Part shown: piece by piece, positions 18,150 through 28,384 of the stretch
How positions within the stretch are numbered: position 1 is the first letter of the stretch
Layout of the letters: each line of letters opens with the position of its first letter
DNA from: Anaerolineales bacterium
GTDB taxonomy: Bacteria > Chloroflexota > Anaerolineae > Anaerolineales > E44-bin32
Length of the DNA stretch: 62,250 nucleotides
Direction: 5' to 3'
NCBI GenBank assembly: GCA_004376895.1
Contig: SOIH01000087.1
Coordinates: forward strand, 1-62,250
Notes under the pieces: model-generated
Seen by the model: the letters and a program-made list of their open reading frames with translations, nothing else
What the model was told of the DNA's origin: nothing
The model's database searches: none
Position numbers and translations under genes: made by a program

Positions 18150-19439
18150 ATGAAAGTGTTTCTTGACAGCGTTGGTTGTCGTTTAAATCAAAGCGAGATA
18201 GAGCGTATCGGTCGCGATTTCCGTCTCGCAGGTTGTGAGCTCGTAGGCGATCCGGCTCAAGCCGATCTGGCCGTGATTAATACCTGTACGGTTACTCGGC
18301 GAGCAGACGCGGATTCACGACAAAAAACACGCCAGGCCGCGAGAGCGGGAGTCGATCAAATCATCCTCACAGGATGCTGGGCAACACTGGAAGAACAGAG
18401 CGCCCTCGGACTTCCAAAAGTCATCCGGGTTGTAAAAAATGACGATAAGAGCCGCCTCGTCCCAGATCTCCTTGGCCAGCCGCCCGATCTATTTAATCAA
18501 GAGCCGCTTCAACGCGAACCACTTCCCGGATCGAGAATGCGTACGCGGGCGTTCATTAAGGTCCAGGATGGTTGCAATAATCGTTGTGCGTTCTGCGTTA
18601 CGACTCTTGCGCGCGGTTCGGCTTTGAGCCTCCCAGCGGCATCTGTGTTAGATGAGGTCCGCGCCGCGCTCCGAGGTGGGAGCCAAGAGATTGTTCTCTG
18701 CGGTGTCCATCTTGGATCCTGGGGTAAAGACCTGAGCCGAGGCAGCAGTTTACGAGACCTCATCCAACTCATATTAGAAGAGACGGATATTCCTCGTTTG
18801 CGGTTGTCCTCTCTCGAGCCCTGGAATTTAGACGCAAACTTCTTCTCACTCTGGCAAGACCCCCGGCTTTGCAGTCACCTGCATCTTCCTCTGCAATCAG
18901 GTTCTAATGCCACGCTTCGTCGTATGGCACGGAAAACGTCGCAAGATGACTTCTCGAAACTAATCAAGGCAGCCCGGGCAGCAATCCCAGATGTTGCGAT
19001 CACAACAGATATCATCGTCGGCTTTCCTGGTGAAACGAAAGAGGAATTCGAGGAAAGTCTTACCTTCGTTGAAGCAATGGACTTTGCTGGCGGGCATGTG
19101 TTCACCTACTCCGAACGTGAGGGCACTCCAGCTGCTAGTTTCGATCATGCCATCCCAATATCTGTTCGACGTGAACGCAGCGCGGTGATGAGAGCGGCAT
19201 TCGCACGATCGGCAGAGCATTATCGCCACGCATTTATAGGGAAAATCTTACCCGTTCTCTGGGAGAGCACCACCGACCTTGGAGAGGCTGGCTGGCAGCT
19301 CTCAGGACTGACAGGCAATTACCTGCGAGTAAAAGTGAGCGGTGTCGAAAACCGCTGGAATCAGATATCAGATGTGGAAATTGTCCGTCCCGTAAAAGGA
19401 GTTCTACAGGGGCGGGTCATCACGAACCACAGTGTGTGA
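18150..19439 (+). CDS. mtaB: tRNA t6A37 methylthiotransferase (radical SAM)
   Basis: GCRLNQSE, INTCTVT, TGCWA, CNNRCAFC, LRLSSLEP, DIIVGFPGET and HVFTYSEREGT. Confidence 0.9.
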   Translation: MKVFLDSVGCRLNQSEIERIGRDFRLAGCELVGDPAQADLAVINTCTVTRRADADSRQKTRQAARAGVDQIILTGCWATLEEQSALGLPKVIRVVKNDDKSRLVPDLLGQPPDLFNQEPLQREPLPGSRMRTRAFIKVQDGCNNRCAFCVTTLARGSALSLPAASVLDEVRAALRGGSQEIVLCGVHLGSWGKDLSRGSSLRDLIQLILEETDIPRLRLSSLEPWNLDANFFSLWQDPRLCSHLHLPLQSGSNATLRRMARKTSQDDFSKLIKAARAAIPDVAITTDIIVGFPGETKEEFEESLTFVEAMDFAGGHVFTYSEREGTPAASFDHAIPISVRRERSAVMRAAFARSAEHYRHAFIGKILPVLWESTTDLGEAGWQLSGLTGNYLRVKVSGVENRWNQISDVEIVRPVKGVLQGRVITNHSV

Positions 19440-19684
19440 TCAATCTTCCGCTGAAGATTCCCAACTTGACTGAAGTCCTAATCCGGATTAATCTCCATTT
19501 TTCTGGCGGCCTACACGCTCTTGCTGAATCTTAAGCCTTGGTCGTCTCTATGATATCTTCTCCTTGAACTGTAATTCGTCAAACTCGCGATAATTGGCTG
19601 CGGACGAGCCTGCAAAACCCGCCCGGTAATCCTTAGAAACCCGTATATGGCTATGCGCAAACAAATAAGAAACCCGCAATAACC

Positions 19685-19714
19685 TTCACAGTGTTGAAAA
19701 ACCATAGGTATAAT
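19685..19714 (+). promoter_or_regulatory. Promoter immediately before yqeY (likely leaderless mRNA)
   Basis: TTCACA-N18-TATAAT with ATG 6 nt after the -10 box and no SD sequence. Confidence 0.55.
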
Positions 19715-19720
19715 GGACGC

Positions 19721-20179
19721 ATGATGAACAAAGAGACACTCCAAGCAGACCTCATGAAAGCGATACGCTCAAAGGATGATGTGCGGAAACGAGCTTTGCG
19801 TATGGTGCTTTCTGCTATTAAACTCGTCGAGATCGAACATCGTGACAGTCTCGATGAGCCGACCATCCTGGGGATCATCCAGCGGGAAGTTAAATCCCGT
19901 CAGGAGACAATTGAAGAAGCCAAGCAAGCAGGTCGAGATGAACTCCTCGCCTCCACGCTTGCCGAGATCGAAGTTTTACAGATTTATCTTCCCCAACCTC
20001 TCGGGGAAGATGAGCTCGCAGAGATCGTTGAACAAGCAATCGAGGAAGTTGGCGCATCCGGTTCTCAGGATATGGGCAAAGTCATGAAAGCCCTGATGCC
20101 TCAGATACAAGGACGGGCTGATGGAAAAACCGCCAGCGACCTCGTCCGAGGGCTTCTCTCATCTCCACAGAAGGATTAA
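19721..20179 (+). CDS. yqeY: GatB/YqeY domain protein
   Basis: LQADLMKAIRSKD, EIEVLQIYLPQPL and DMGKVMKALMPQIQGRADGK. Confidence 0.9.
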   Translation: MMNKETLQADLMKAIRSKDDVRKRALRMVLSAIKLVEIEHRDSLDEPTILGIIQREVKSRQETIEEAKQAGRDELLASTLAEIEVLQIYLPQPLGEDELAEIVEQAIEEVGASGSQDMGKVMKALMPQIQGRADGKTASDLVRGLLSSPQKD

Positions 20180-22317
20180 TGGACGAAAATACAAGCACGA
20201 ATCTAACCACCCTTGAACGCTTACGGAGTGCCTTATCGGCAGCCCGGCTTTGGTTCATTCTACTTTTTGCTGTTGCTGGGACAATCGCTGCGATCTCTAT
20301 TCCCGTTAACAACAGCGCTCAAACATACGGCTTGCAGATTAGCGACGTCGCCCCCCAAGATATTCATGCTCTGTATGATTTGTCATATGTCAGCGAGGTT
20401 TTAACTGAACGAGAACGAACCGTAGCGAGCGAAAACGTACCGCAGGTATATGACCAACCGGACATCAATGTCACGAGGCAACAATTAGAACGGCTCCAGG
20501 CTGCGCTCACATTCATAGATTCGGTCCGCAGCGATCCTTACTCCACAAATCAGGTAAAGCTATCCGACTTGAGCTCAATGTCCGATATCCGCCTGGATAC
20601 CGAGACGGCGCTTTTGATCTTAGAGTTGTCAGACTTACACTGGCAAACCGTAAAATCTGAAACGCTCACCATCGTTGAGCAAGTCATGCGGAATGAAATT
20701 CGCGAGGGTCGTGTCGAGGAAGCGCGAAGAACTATACCTGCGCTGGTGAGTATTTCCCTTCCAGAAAATCAGGCGACAACCGTCGAAACCCTCGCCCCCG
20801 CGTTCGTTACTCCTAACACTTTTCTTAACATTGCTGACACGGAAGCCGCCCGAACCGAAGCCAGAGAATCCGTCGAGCCAGTCATTAAATCATATGTAGA
20901 AGGGGAGACAATCGTCAGCCGGGGAGAAGTTGTCGGGGCGCTTGACATCGAAGCACTGATGGAATATGACCTTCTCAAGCCCCCCAACCCGTGGCTTGAA
21001 ATCGCTATTCGATCTCTGTTGGTCATCCTTCTGATCGGTATTTTCACAACCTTCGCCTACCGCATACATCCCAAGGAAATAACCAAGGCTAATCTCGCGT
21101 TTACGCTTAGCCTACTCTTCATTATCATTACCCTTAGCATGCAGGCTTTGATCCCCGACCGAACCGTTTTCCCCTATGTCTTCCCTTATGCTGCTCTTCC
21201 TATTCTGGTCACAGTCTTTTTCAGCCCCAGCTTAGGGGTGATGATCTCACTCCTCACCGGGACCCTGGCGGGGTTTCTAGCACCCCGTGGTCTCGAACTC
21301 GCGCTATATGCCATTATCAGCGGAATCCTTGCATCGTTGATGATCAAGCGAGCCGAGCGATTAAGTTCGTTCATCTCCGCCGGTTTAGCTGCAGCGTTGG
21401 GTTCTGCCCTGGTAATTGTTATCTTCCGCCTCCCAGATCCCGCCATGGACATCATTGGCAAGACTACTCTCTTAGGGGTTTCGATCGTCAGCGGTTTGCT
21501 TTCTACTAGCCTGGGCTTTGGTTTACTCCTTATCATTGGCAATCTTCTAGGTATAACAACGAATCTGCAGCTGCTTGAACTCTCTAGACCGGACCATCCT
21601 CTTCTCCAGAAAATCCTGCGCGAAGCTCCCGGCACGTATCAGCATAGTCTTCAAGTGGCAAACCTGGCGGAGCAAGCCGCACGCGAAATTGGGGCGAACG
21701 CCCTGCTCACCCGGGTTGGCGCTCAATATCATGACGTCGGGAAATCCCTTCATCCACAATTCTTCATTGAGAATCAGGTGCCCGGACAGAACGTCCACGA
21801 GCAACTAGACCCGAAAACAAGCGCCAATATCATCCTATCCCACGTTCCAGAAGGCTTGTCTCTGGCGCGTAAATACCGTATCCCGCAGAGCATCCGAGCC
21901 TTCATCCCTGAACACCATGGCACGCTGAAAGTCTCCTACCAGTATAGCGAAGCACTCGAAGCTGCCAATGGAGATACTGATCAAGTGGATAGACGGGATT
22001 ACACCTACAAAGGTCCTGTTCCGCTTTCTCGAGAGACTGCGCTGCTTATGCTCGCCGATGGCTCGGAAGCTGCCGTCCGAGCCAAGAGACCCCAAAGTAA
22101 AGAAGAGATCAACCAGATCGTCCGGCGGATAATCAGCGACCGCATGGAAAAAGGGCAATTCGACAAGACCGATCTCACATTACGGGATTTGAATACCATT
22201 CGGCGATCCTTTGTTAAGACACTGACAAACATCTATCATCCGCGAATCCAATACCCAAAATCACCATCGGAGGACGATCAAAGCCAGGAAGATACGCAAC
22301 CTGTGCAATCCACATAG
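20179..22317 (+). CDS. pgpH: 7TM-HDIG membrane phosphohydrolase (PgpH-like cyclic-di-AMP phosphodiesterase)
   Basis: Extracellular domain, about 7 TM helices, APGTYQHSLQVANLAE, YHDVGK, FFIENQ, EHHGT, MLADGSEA and YHPRIQYP. Conserved position before ybeY. Confidence 0.85.
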   Translation: MDENTSTNLTTLERLRSALSAARLWFILLFAVAGTIAAISIPVNNSAQTYGLQISDVAPQDIHALYDLSYVSEVLTERERTVASENVPQVYDQPDINVTRQQLERLQAALTFIDSVRSDPYSTNQVKLSDLSSMSDIRLDTETALLILELSDLHWQTVKSETLTIVEQVMRNEIREGRVEEARRTIPALVSISLPENQATTVETLAPAFVTPNTFLNIADTEAARTEARESVEPVIKSYVEGETIVSRGEVVGALDIEALMEYDLLKPPNPWLEIAIRSLLVILLIGIFTTFAYRIHPKEITKANLAFTLSLLFIIITLSMQALIPDRTVFPYVFPYAALPILVTVFFSPSLGVMISLLTGTLAGFLAPRGLELALYAIISGILASLMIKRAERLSSFISAGLAAALGSALVIVIFRLPDPAMDIIGKTTLLGVSIVSGLLSTSLGFGLLLIIGNLLGITTNLQLLELSRPDHPLLQKILREAPGTYQHSLQVANLAEQAAREIGANALLTRVGAQYHDVGKSLHPQFFIENQVPGQNVHEQLDPKTSANIILSHVPEGLSLARKYRIPQSIRAFIPEHHGTLKVSYQYSEALEAANGDTDQVDRRDYTYKGPVPLSRETALLMLADGSEAAVRAKRPQSKEEINQIVRRIISDRMEKGQFDKTDLTLRDLNTIRRSFVKTLTNIYHPRIQYPKSPSEDDQSQEDTQPVQST

Positions 22318-22328
22318 ATCGAACCCCC

Positions 22329-22781
22329 ATGACCCATCTGGCTCGTGTTGAGTCCAACAGCGAATACAGTGAATATGCCTCTGACGTAGAACGCGCTGCG
22401 CTGACAGCGCTGGATTCAGAGAACGCTGAAAGTGGCGCTCTCACAATCGTCCTTACCGATAGGGCGCAGGTGCAGGCGCTAAATCGAGAATTCTCAAGCA
22501 AAGACATTTCCACAGATGTACTCTCCTTCCCCGATGGCACCATTGACCCGGATCTTAACCTGATGTATTTCGGGGACATCATCATTGCCGTGTCAATCGC
22601 GCAAGAGCAAGCTAAGCGCGCAGGACACTCAACAAACGATGAATTGATGTTGCTGACCGTACATGGCACATTGCATTTGCTAGGATTTGACCACAATCTC
22701 CCGCAGGAAAAGGATCGGATGTGGGCTCATCAAGAACGCATCCTGAGCCAACTAGGAATCACGATCCAATCACCGGAATGA
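22329..22781 (+). CDS. ybeY: rRNA maturation endoribonuclease YbeY
   Basis: TDVLSF, GDIII and HGTLHLLGFDH. Confidence 0.95.
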   Translation: MTHLARVESNSEYSEYASDVERAALTALDSENAESGALTIVLTDRAQVQALNREFSSKDISTDVLSFPDGTIDPDLNLMYFGDIIIAVSIAQEQAKRAGHSTNDELMLLTVHGTLHLLGFDHNLPQEKDRMWAHQERILSQLGITIQSPE

Positions 22782-23173
22782 AACTGATGACATCTCCCAA
22801 AAGGGCTCAATCTCGTCTTGCCTCCTTCCGTCACGCATTTGCAGGTTGGCTGCATGTTCTTCGCACTCAACGAAATGCCTGGATTCACGCCATAGCGACA
22901 ATTATTGTGTTTGCAATCGCAATATGGGTAGGTATAGACAGACTCTCTGGGGCGATACTCCTTATTACAATTGGATTAGTCTGGGTCTCAGAATTTCTAA
23001 ATACAGCACTCGAGGCCATTGTCGACCTAGCAAGCCCTGAGGTCCACCCACTTGCTCGGGTTGGAAAAGATGTCGGTGCAGCAGCAGTCTTGATTTCCAC
23101 ACTTGTCGCCATTCTCGTTGGCCTTCTCATCCTTGGTCCTCCGTTATTAATTAAAATCACTTCACTCCTTTAG
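22778..23173 (+). CDS. dgkA: Diacylglycerol/undecaprenol kinase
   Basis: SFRHAFAG, EFLNTALEAIVDL and KDVGAAAV. ATGA overlap with ybeY. Confidence 0.9.
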   Translation: MKLMTSPKRAQSRLASFRHAFAGWLHVLRTQRNAWIHAIATIIVFAIAIWVGIDRLSGAILLITIGLVWVSEFLNTALEAIVDLASPEVHPLARVGKDVGAAAVLISTLVAILVGLLILGPPLLIKITSLL

Positions 23174-23308
23174 ACCGAACCCATCTCAGCTGTGATATGC
23201 TGCCATCCCGAATAGAACTTTGAGTTCATTGCAGGGCTTGTTAATCTATGCCATAATTTGTGACATCGAGTAAATCCAACCTTTATTTACTTCTCAGGAA
23301 GTCAACGC

Positions 23309-25864
23309 ATGGACACAACGGAACTGCGCGGAAAACTTTATCGAGCAGGTACAAGTTCTTTCGATATACATAACCCGATGCAGGCACTTACCAGCCTGAT
23401 ACTCCTTACGTGCGAATTGGTCTCTGCAGACCGCGCCGCACTTTTTGATGTCGATAAAACGGAAGGGGGATATACACCTCGCATCGCTCACGGTCTACCG
23501 TTGCGCGACCTCGGTCGGGTTGCACTCAGCTCCGACCACCCTCTCCTACTTGAAGTCTTCTCCTCGAAGCGCGCAATTTCCACGAATGGCGAGACGGGAT
23601 CGCTCGGCTTACCCCTTGCCCCCGGCACTGTCGCATGTGCGCCTTGCTTGAGCGACGACAAGATCATTGGTTTGCTTTTTACCGCAAAAGATCAACGCGA
23701 TCCGTATGATGAAATCGATTTAGAAACACTCGAAGTCCTTGCCTCGCGGGCGGCAGAGGTATTTATCTTAGCCCAACAAACTACCAGCCAGAGCTACCTG
23801 CTGCATAAGCTCTCTCTACTTTACCAGGCCAGTCATGCCATTACAGGCACACTGGATCGGCAAGAAGCAATCAAGCAGACTGCAGCACACTTGTTAAAAG
23901 CGACATCAGCCGACACTTGTGAAATATTAGCCTTCGATGAAGGCAAAGGCGAGACATCCCGTTTCCGGCAACAGCTAGGGAAATCAATGCAGCAAACGGT
24001 TGTTTCTCTTGTTGCTGACAAAATGCCGGATTACCCAGCTCACCAGAAGGTTCAAAAAAAACTTAAGCCCGAGATCATAAGCCTCACGCCACCTTCAGGA
24101 TCCGCGAAAGATATCGCAATGCTGGAAGCGGAGGGAATCTCCACCGCAGCAATTTTTCCGCTAGCCACGCGAAAAGAATCCCTCGGCCTAGTTCGCCTTC
24201 TCTACAACAAGGGAGGACACGATGTAGATGAGCAGGAACTGGAACTAGCTCAGGCGATTATCAATATCGGCACCGTCGGGATTCAGGACGCGATCCACTT
24301 TGAAACAGCGGAAGCCCGAGCCAGCCAGTTACAAGAATTAAGTTTAATCGGCAAGGAGATGACATCCACGCTTGACTTGGAAGTCGCCCTCCAAAAAGCG
24401 ATGGAGCAATCCCAAAATCTGTTGAAAGCAGAAGCGGTCGTTCTCTTCCTGCTCGACGATGACAGAGAGAAATTGATTTTAAAAGCCAGTGGTGGCGCGC
24501 GGATGAGAATTCGCGATTTGGCCATTCGACTGGAAGAGGGAATCGCCGGATGGGTCACTCGCAATAATAGCCCTCTGATTGTGAATGATGTTCGTACAAA
24601 CCCCCTATATCAAAGCGCGATCGACGGCCAAACTGGCCTCCTGACTACATCGGTACTTTGCGTTCCACTTCAACAGCGAGACGAGGTCATAGGTGCGATC
24701 CAGGCCATCAATCACCCTCGCGGCGCATTTACCGAAACAGATCAGCAACTGCTGACTTCGGTTGCTTCCTGGGCTGCTGTTTCCCTCGAGAACGCCAGCT
24801 TGTTCCAGAGTGTGGCGGATGAGCGATCACGTCTTGAAACCACATTGGTGGAAACGGCGGACGCGGTCGTTCTGACGGATATCAGCGGCCGCATCATCTT
24901 GGTAAATCAAACTGCGGGACAAGTCTTTCGGATTAACCCTGATCTGGCGAAAGATCGCTTCGCATCTGATATTTTCGTCGATCACACACTTGGTGAACTT
25001 CTGATGGACGATGAGATCACCCTTCCAACGAGTGTCGAGGTGACGACGCCCACAGAACGCGTTCTCTATGCGACCATCAGCGAGATCACAGACGTGGGAC
25101 GGGTTGCGGTTATGCAGGATATCACTGCACTTAAGCAGATCGATCGAATGCGCTCTCAACTTCTTGGCACCGCCGCCCATGACTTGAAAAATCCGCTCAA
25201 CGCAATCCGGCTGGGGGCAGATTTACTCAACGATGCCGAATTGAGCGACCAGCAGCGCAAGGCGCTTAACATGATGCAGCGCGCAACTGACAGCATGATA
25301 AACCTCATAAGCGGTTTGCTCGAAACGATCCGCGTGGAGTCAACCTCGAACATCGCTTATGAGCCTTTTCAGATTCACGATTTAATCCGGAGCACTATCG
25401 AGGATTTAAGACCTCTCTTCGATGCTAAGAAACAAACGGTAATTTACGAACCTCACGATGAATCGCTATTGATCGTGGGTCACGTTACCCGCTTGAGCTC
25501 AGTCATGTCGAATCTCTTGAGCAACGCGATAAAATTCTGTAAGGACGAAGCTCGGATCGAGATAAAGGTCCGCTTGGGTGATGATGAGATAATTATTAGC
25601 GTAATCGATGATGGACCCGGCATCCCCGAGGACGAAATACCTCGTGTATTCGATCACCTCTTCCGCGGTCGGGTTACGGTAATGGATCCGAACAACCCCA
25701 TCGATGGTACAGGTCTTGGACTGGCTCTCGCCAAAACAGTAGTCGAGCAGCATGGGGGTCGGATTTGGGTCACGAGCAAGGAGAATGAGGGGAGCACATT
25801 CAGTTTCTCCATACCACGCGAGCGTACTCCGAAAACTGGCTCGCTCCGAAAAGAAAAAGAGTAA
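23309..25864 (+). CDS. Cytoplasmic multi-GAF/PAS sensor histidine kinase
   Basis: Three GAF-like segments and a PAS-like segment, then H-box AHDLKNPL, N-box NLLSNAIKF and G boxes DDGPGIP and GTGLGLA. Confidence 0.9.
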   Translation: MDTTELRGKLYRAGTSSFDIHNPMQALTSLILLTCELVSADRAALFDVDKTEGGYTPRIAHGLPLRDLGRVALSSDHPLLLEVFSSKRAISTNGETGSLGLPLAPGTVACAPCLSDDKIIGLLFTAKDQRDPYDEIDLETLEVLASRAAEVFILAQQTTSQSYLLHKLSLLYQASHAITGTLDRQEAIKQTAAHLLKATSADTCEILAFDEGKGETSRFRQQLGKSMQQTVVSLVADKMPDYPAHQKVQKKLKPEIISLTPPSGSAKDIAMLEAEGISTAAIFPLATRKESLGLVRLLYNKGGHDVDEQELELAQAIINIGTVGIQDAIHFETAEARASQLQELSLIGKEMTSTLDLEVALQKAMEQSQNLLKAEAVVLFLLDDDREKLILKASGGARMRIRDLAIRLEEGIAGWVTRNNSPLIVNDVRTNPLYQSAIDGQTGLLTTSVLCVPLQQRDEVIGAIQAINHPRGAFTETDQQLLTSVASWAAVSLENASLFQSVADERSRLETTLVETADAVVLTDISGRIILVNQTAGQVFRINPDLAKDRFASDIFVDHTLGELLMDDEITLPTSVEVTTPTERVLYATISEITDVGRVAVMQDITALKQIDRMRSQLLGTAAHDLKNPLNAIRLGADLLNDAELSDQQRKALNMMQRATDSMINLISGLLETIRVESTSNIAYEPFQIHDLIRSTIEDLRPLFDAKKQTVIYEPHDESLLIVGHVTRLSSVMSNLLSNAIKFCKDEARIEIKVRLGDDEIIISVIDDGPGIPEDEIPRVFDHLFRGRVTVMDPNNPIDGTGLGLALAKTVVEQHGGRIWVTSKENEGSTFSFSIPRERTPKTGSLRKEKE

Positions 25865-25991
25865 TTAACCCCTCAAGCGGAAGAGCACACTTCCCTGAAA
25901 ATAAATCTTCTATGTATCCAAGCGTCCACGCGGATACCGTAGTCGTCCACCGTATACCAGTTCACCTAAGATCAATTGAGGATGGATAACC

Positions 25992-26876
25992 TTGGCATTT
26001 ACAGATTTTAGATTTGGAACCGTCGGAACACCCCGCTCAACCCCTAAGAAGCCTGGAGGGACCATCGGTACGATCCGGTACCTTTCTGAACTTAAACTCC
26101 ATGCATTCGAGATTGGCTGGGTCCGCTCTGTGAGAGTTTCTGAGAAGACTTGCGCGGCAATTAAGGAAAACGCAGACGAATCGGGAATGCACCTCAGCGT
26201 ACACGCGCCATACTACATCAACTTAAACGCCGATGATGATGAGTGGCCTAAGAGTCGGAAGCGCCTGATGGATGCCGCTTTCTATGGGAACCTCGCTGGA
26301 GCGACGGATATCGTTTTTCATCCCGGCTCCTACTTCGGGCAACCTCCCGAGGAAGTCTTGCCCTCTGCAATCCAAAGGCTGCAGGATTGCGTCGATGAAC
26401 TACGTAATCAGGGAAACCTAGTTGTACTGCGTCCTGAGACGATGGGTAAGGGCGCTCTGTTAGGATCACTCGATGACACGCTCGTATTGTCGAAAGAGAT
26501 CGAAGGTGTTGAGCCCTGTCTCGACTTTGCTCACCTTCATGCACGAGCAGGTGACGGCACAATCAATTCATACACTGAATGGGTAGAAATTCTTGAGCGA
26601 TACGAGTACTTCCTTGGAGGGAAGGCTCTCAAGTGCCTCCACTGCCATCTTTCTGGCATCGAGTATGGGAACAAGGGTGAGAGAAACCACCTGATGCTAA
26701 ACGATTCGGATTTTAATCTCGATGCTCTGCTCCGGGCGCTCAACGCACGTAATTGCGGAGGCCGGATTCTGTGCGAAAGCCCCCAAGACATGGATAAAGA
26801 CGCTCTGCAAATCATGGATGCCTGGAAGATAGTCTCAGGCGAAGCCCTTCAACCCGATCAGGGTTCTTCTTCGTGA
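25992..26876 (+). CDS. nfo: Endonuclease IV / AP endonuclease family 2 (TIM barrel)
   Basis: SVHAPYYINLN, VFHPG, RPETMGK, DFAHLHAR, HCHLSGIEY, GERNH and CESP. Confidence 0.85.
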   Translation: MAFTDFRFGTVGTPRSTPKKPGGTIGTIRYLSELKLHAFEIGWVRSVRVSEKTCAAIKENADESGMHLSVHAPYYINLNADDDEWPKSRKRLMDAAFYGNLAGATDIVFHPGSYFGQPPEEVLPSAIQRLQDCVDELRNQGNLVVLRPETMGKGALLGSLDDTLVLSKEIEGVEPCLDFAHLHARAGDGTINSYTEWVEILERYEYFLGGKALKCLHCHLSGIEYGNKGERNHLMLNDSDFNLDALLRALNARNCGGRILCESPQDMDKDALQIMDAWKIVSGEALQPDQGSSS

Positions 26877-27000
26877 TGTTCTAACCTGTTCTGGTTGGAA
26901 ACTTTTCGAGAAGCAGCTCAAGCAACCACCCCAAACGGTTCGCTTACCTCAATCCACGATTAATTATTTGGCAAGCTTACACAGCTTATCTAACCAACAA

Positions 27001-27032
27001 AAGATCCTGTGGGTGCAGATCCACAGGATCTT
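27001..27032. terminator. Hairpin terminator between convergent genes
   Basis: AAGATCCTGTGG-loop-CCACAGGATCTT. Confidence 0.65.
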
Positions 27033-27070
27033 CATAACGATAAACTGAGCGAAACTTGTTGATCTAGGTG

Positions 27071-28243
27071 CTAACTCGTCTGCGAGCCGGGAAGGCGATC
27101 CCGAAGCCCCTCTGGGCGAACGCCGTCCATCTGTTCAGCCCTCTCTGCCGGGATATGACCCGCACCCACGATCACAGCGAGCAATTCACCATTGCCGAGA
27201 TCCCTTCCCACGACGATTGAGATCATGCCCACCTCAAGATCACCGAAACCATTTACGCTTCCATCTCGAGATTTGTATTTGGTCGAACCATCCACGGAAA
27301 AAGTCTTCTGATCCCCGGAACGAGTCTCTACAGTAAGGGAATTGCTTCCCAGCGAGACGATCTTCCCGGCAGTATTAACGACTTTGGGGCGTTCAGGACG
27401 GTCTTCAGGACTTCCGGCCAGCACCACCAGAGCTTGATTGGTACCATCTTCCATCTTAATCGCGCCCACCATGGCGAACATCCCACGCTTAAGATCATGG
27501 ATTCCGGTTACCGATCCATCGCGGCTCCTGAATTTCGTCCGCTCCCCGGTGACGAAAGTAATACTGTCACCTTCTTTTGATTGAACGGTGAAAGTCTCCT
27601 GTCCAGGGACAACACTCGTAATCTCACCTGAGGTGCGGAAAACCCGGTCACGGATATCTCCGCCTGGAGTCCCTGCCGCCACAACAAGGGCGACGATTCC
27701 GTTATCTTCTGTGTCCGCTGCAGTTACGAGGGCGACCATACCAGGCTCGAGATCGCTCAGCTTGGTCACTTCCCCATTACGGCTGCGGAAGCGAGTGCGA
27801 TCGATGACATTGATTGTCAGACTGCGCCCATCCTCCGTGAGGAGCGTAAAGTAACGATCACCTACACCGCCAACCTCGCCCTTCAAGCGCATTAACTCGG
27901 GCACTTCCTCAGGAGTGGCAGCAAATACTACTGAGGCGTTTATCGTCCCATCGCCACGCTCCTGACCAACGACGATGATCCGCATGTCAACGACTAAATC
28001 CTCAAACTCTTGAACGGAGCCGTCGCGGCTGCGATACTCAGTATTGCCCGTGACATGTACATGAACGTCGGTGCCGCTGAGCGTACGGACAGCGAACGTA
28101 TTTCCGGGGAAATCCACGTTGAGAATAACCCCTGCAATCCGCAGCTGGTTGTCCGGCGCATCACCTTCGGCATAGGCAACTCCCACAAATCCCAGGGTAA
28201 GAGCAGCAGTCACCAGAATGATCCGTATCCATTTTGTAAACAT
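27071..28243 (-). CDS. Secreted protein with four tandem OB-fold-like (DUF5666-like) repeats
   Basis: Signal peptide ending AYA. Four ~85-aa repeats each contain T.(Y/F)(R/K)SR(D/N)G.V....DL..(G/D)M. Start MFTKW follows AGGAGG. Confidence 0.75.
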   Translation of the reverse strand: MFTKWIRIILVTAALTLGFVGVAYAEGDAPDNQLRIAGVILNVDFPGNTFAVRTLSGTDVHVHVTGNTEYRSRDGSVQEFEDLVVDMRIIVVGQERGDGTINASVVFAATPEEVPELMRLKGEVGGVGDRYFTLLTEDGRSLTINVIDRTRFRSRNGEVTKLSDLEPGMVALVTAADTEDNGIVALVVAAGTPGGDIRDRVFRTSGEITSVVPGQETFTVQSKEGDSITFVTGERTKFRSRDGSVTGIHDLKRGMFAMVGAIKMEDGTNQALVVLAGSPEDRPERPKVVNTAGKIVSLGSNSLTVETRSGDQKTFSVDGSTKYKSRDGSVNGFGDLEVGMISIVVGRDLGNGELLAVIVGAGHIPAERAEQMDGVRPEGLRDRLPGSQTS

Positions 28244-28384
28244 CGCAAACCTCCTTTGATTTGAATACACTTATAGCTTCAAGGAAGCGCGCGAAAAGAT
28301 CATGTCGCGTATGTAAAAACGCTGTAAAGCCGGGGGGGATTGTTGAGAGAGCTCTCCAGATCGAAATTCCAGAAAACTCGAGGA

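Noticed and set aside
27071-28243. Periodic repeats as a CRISPR array
   Set aside because: The repeats are degenerate at DNA level, in frame and about 255 nt apart, so they are protein domain repeats. There are no cas genes.
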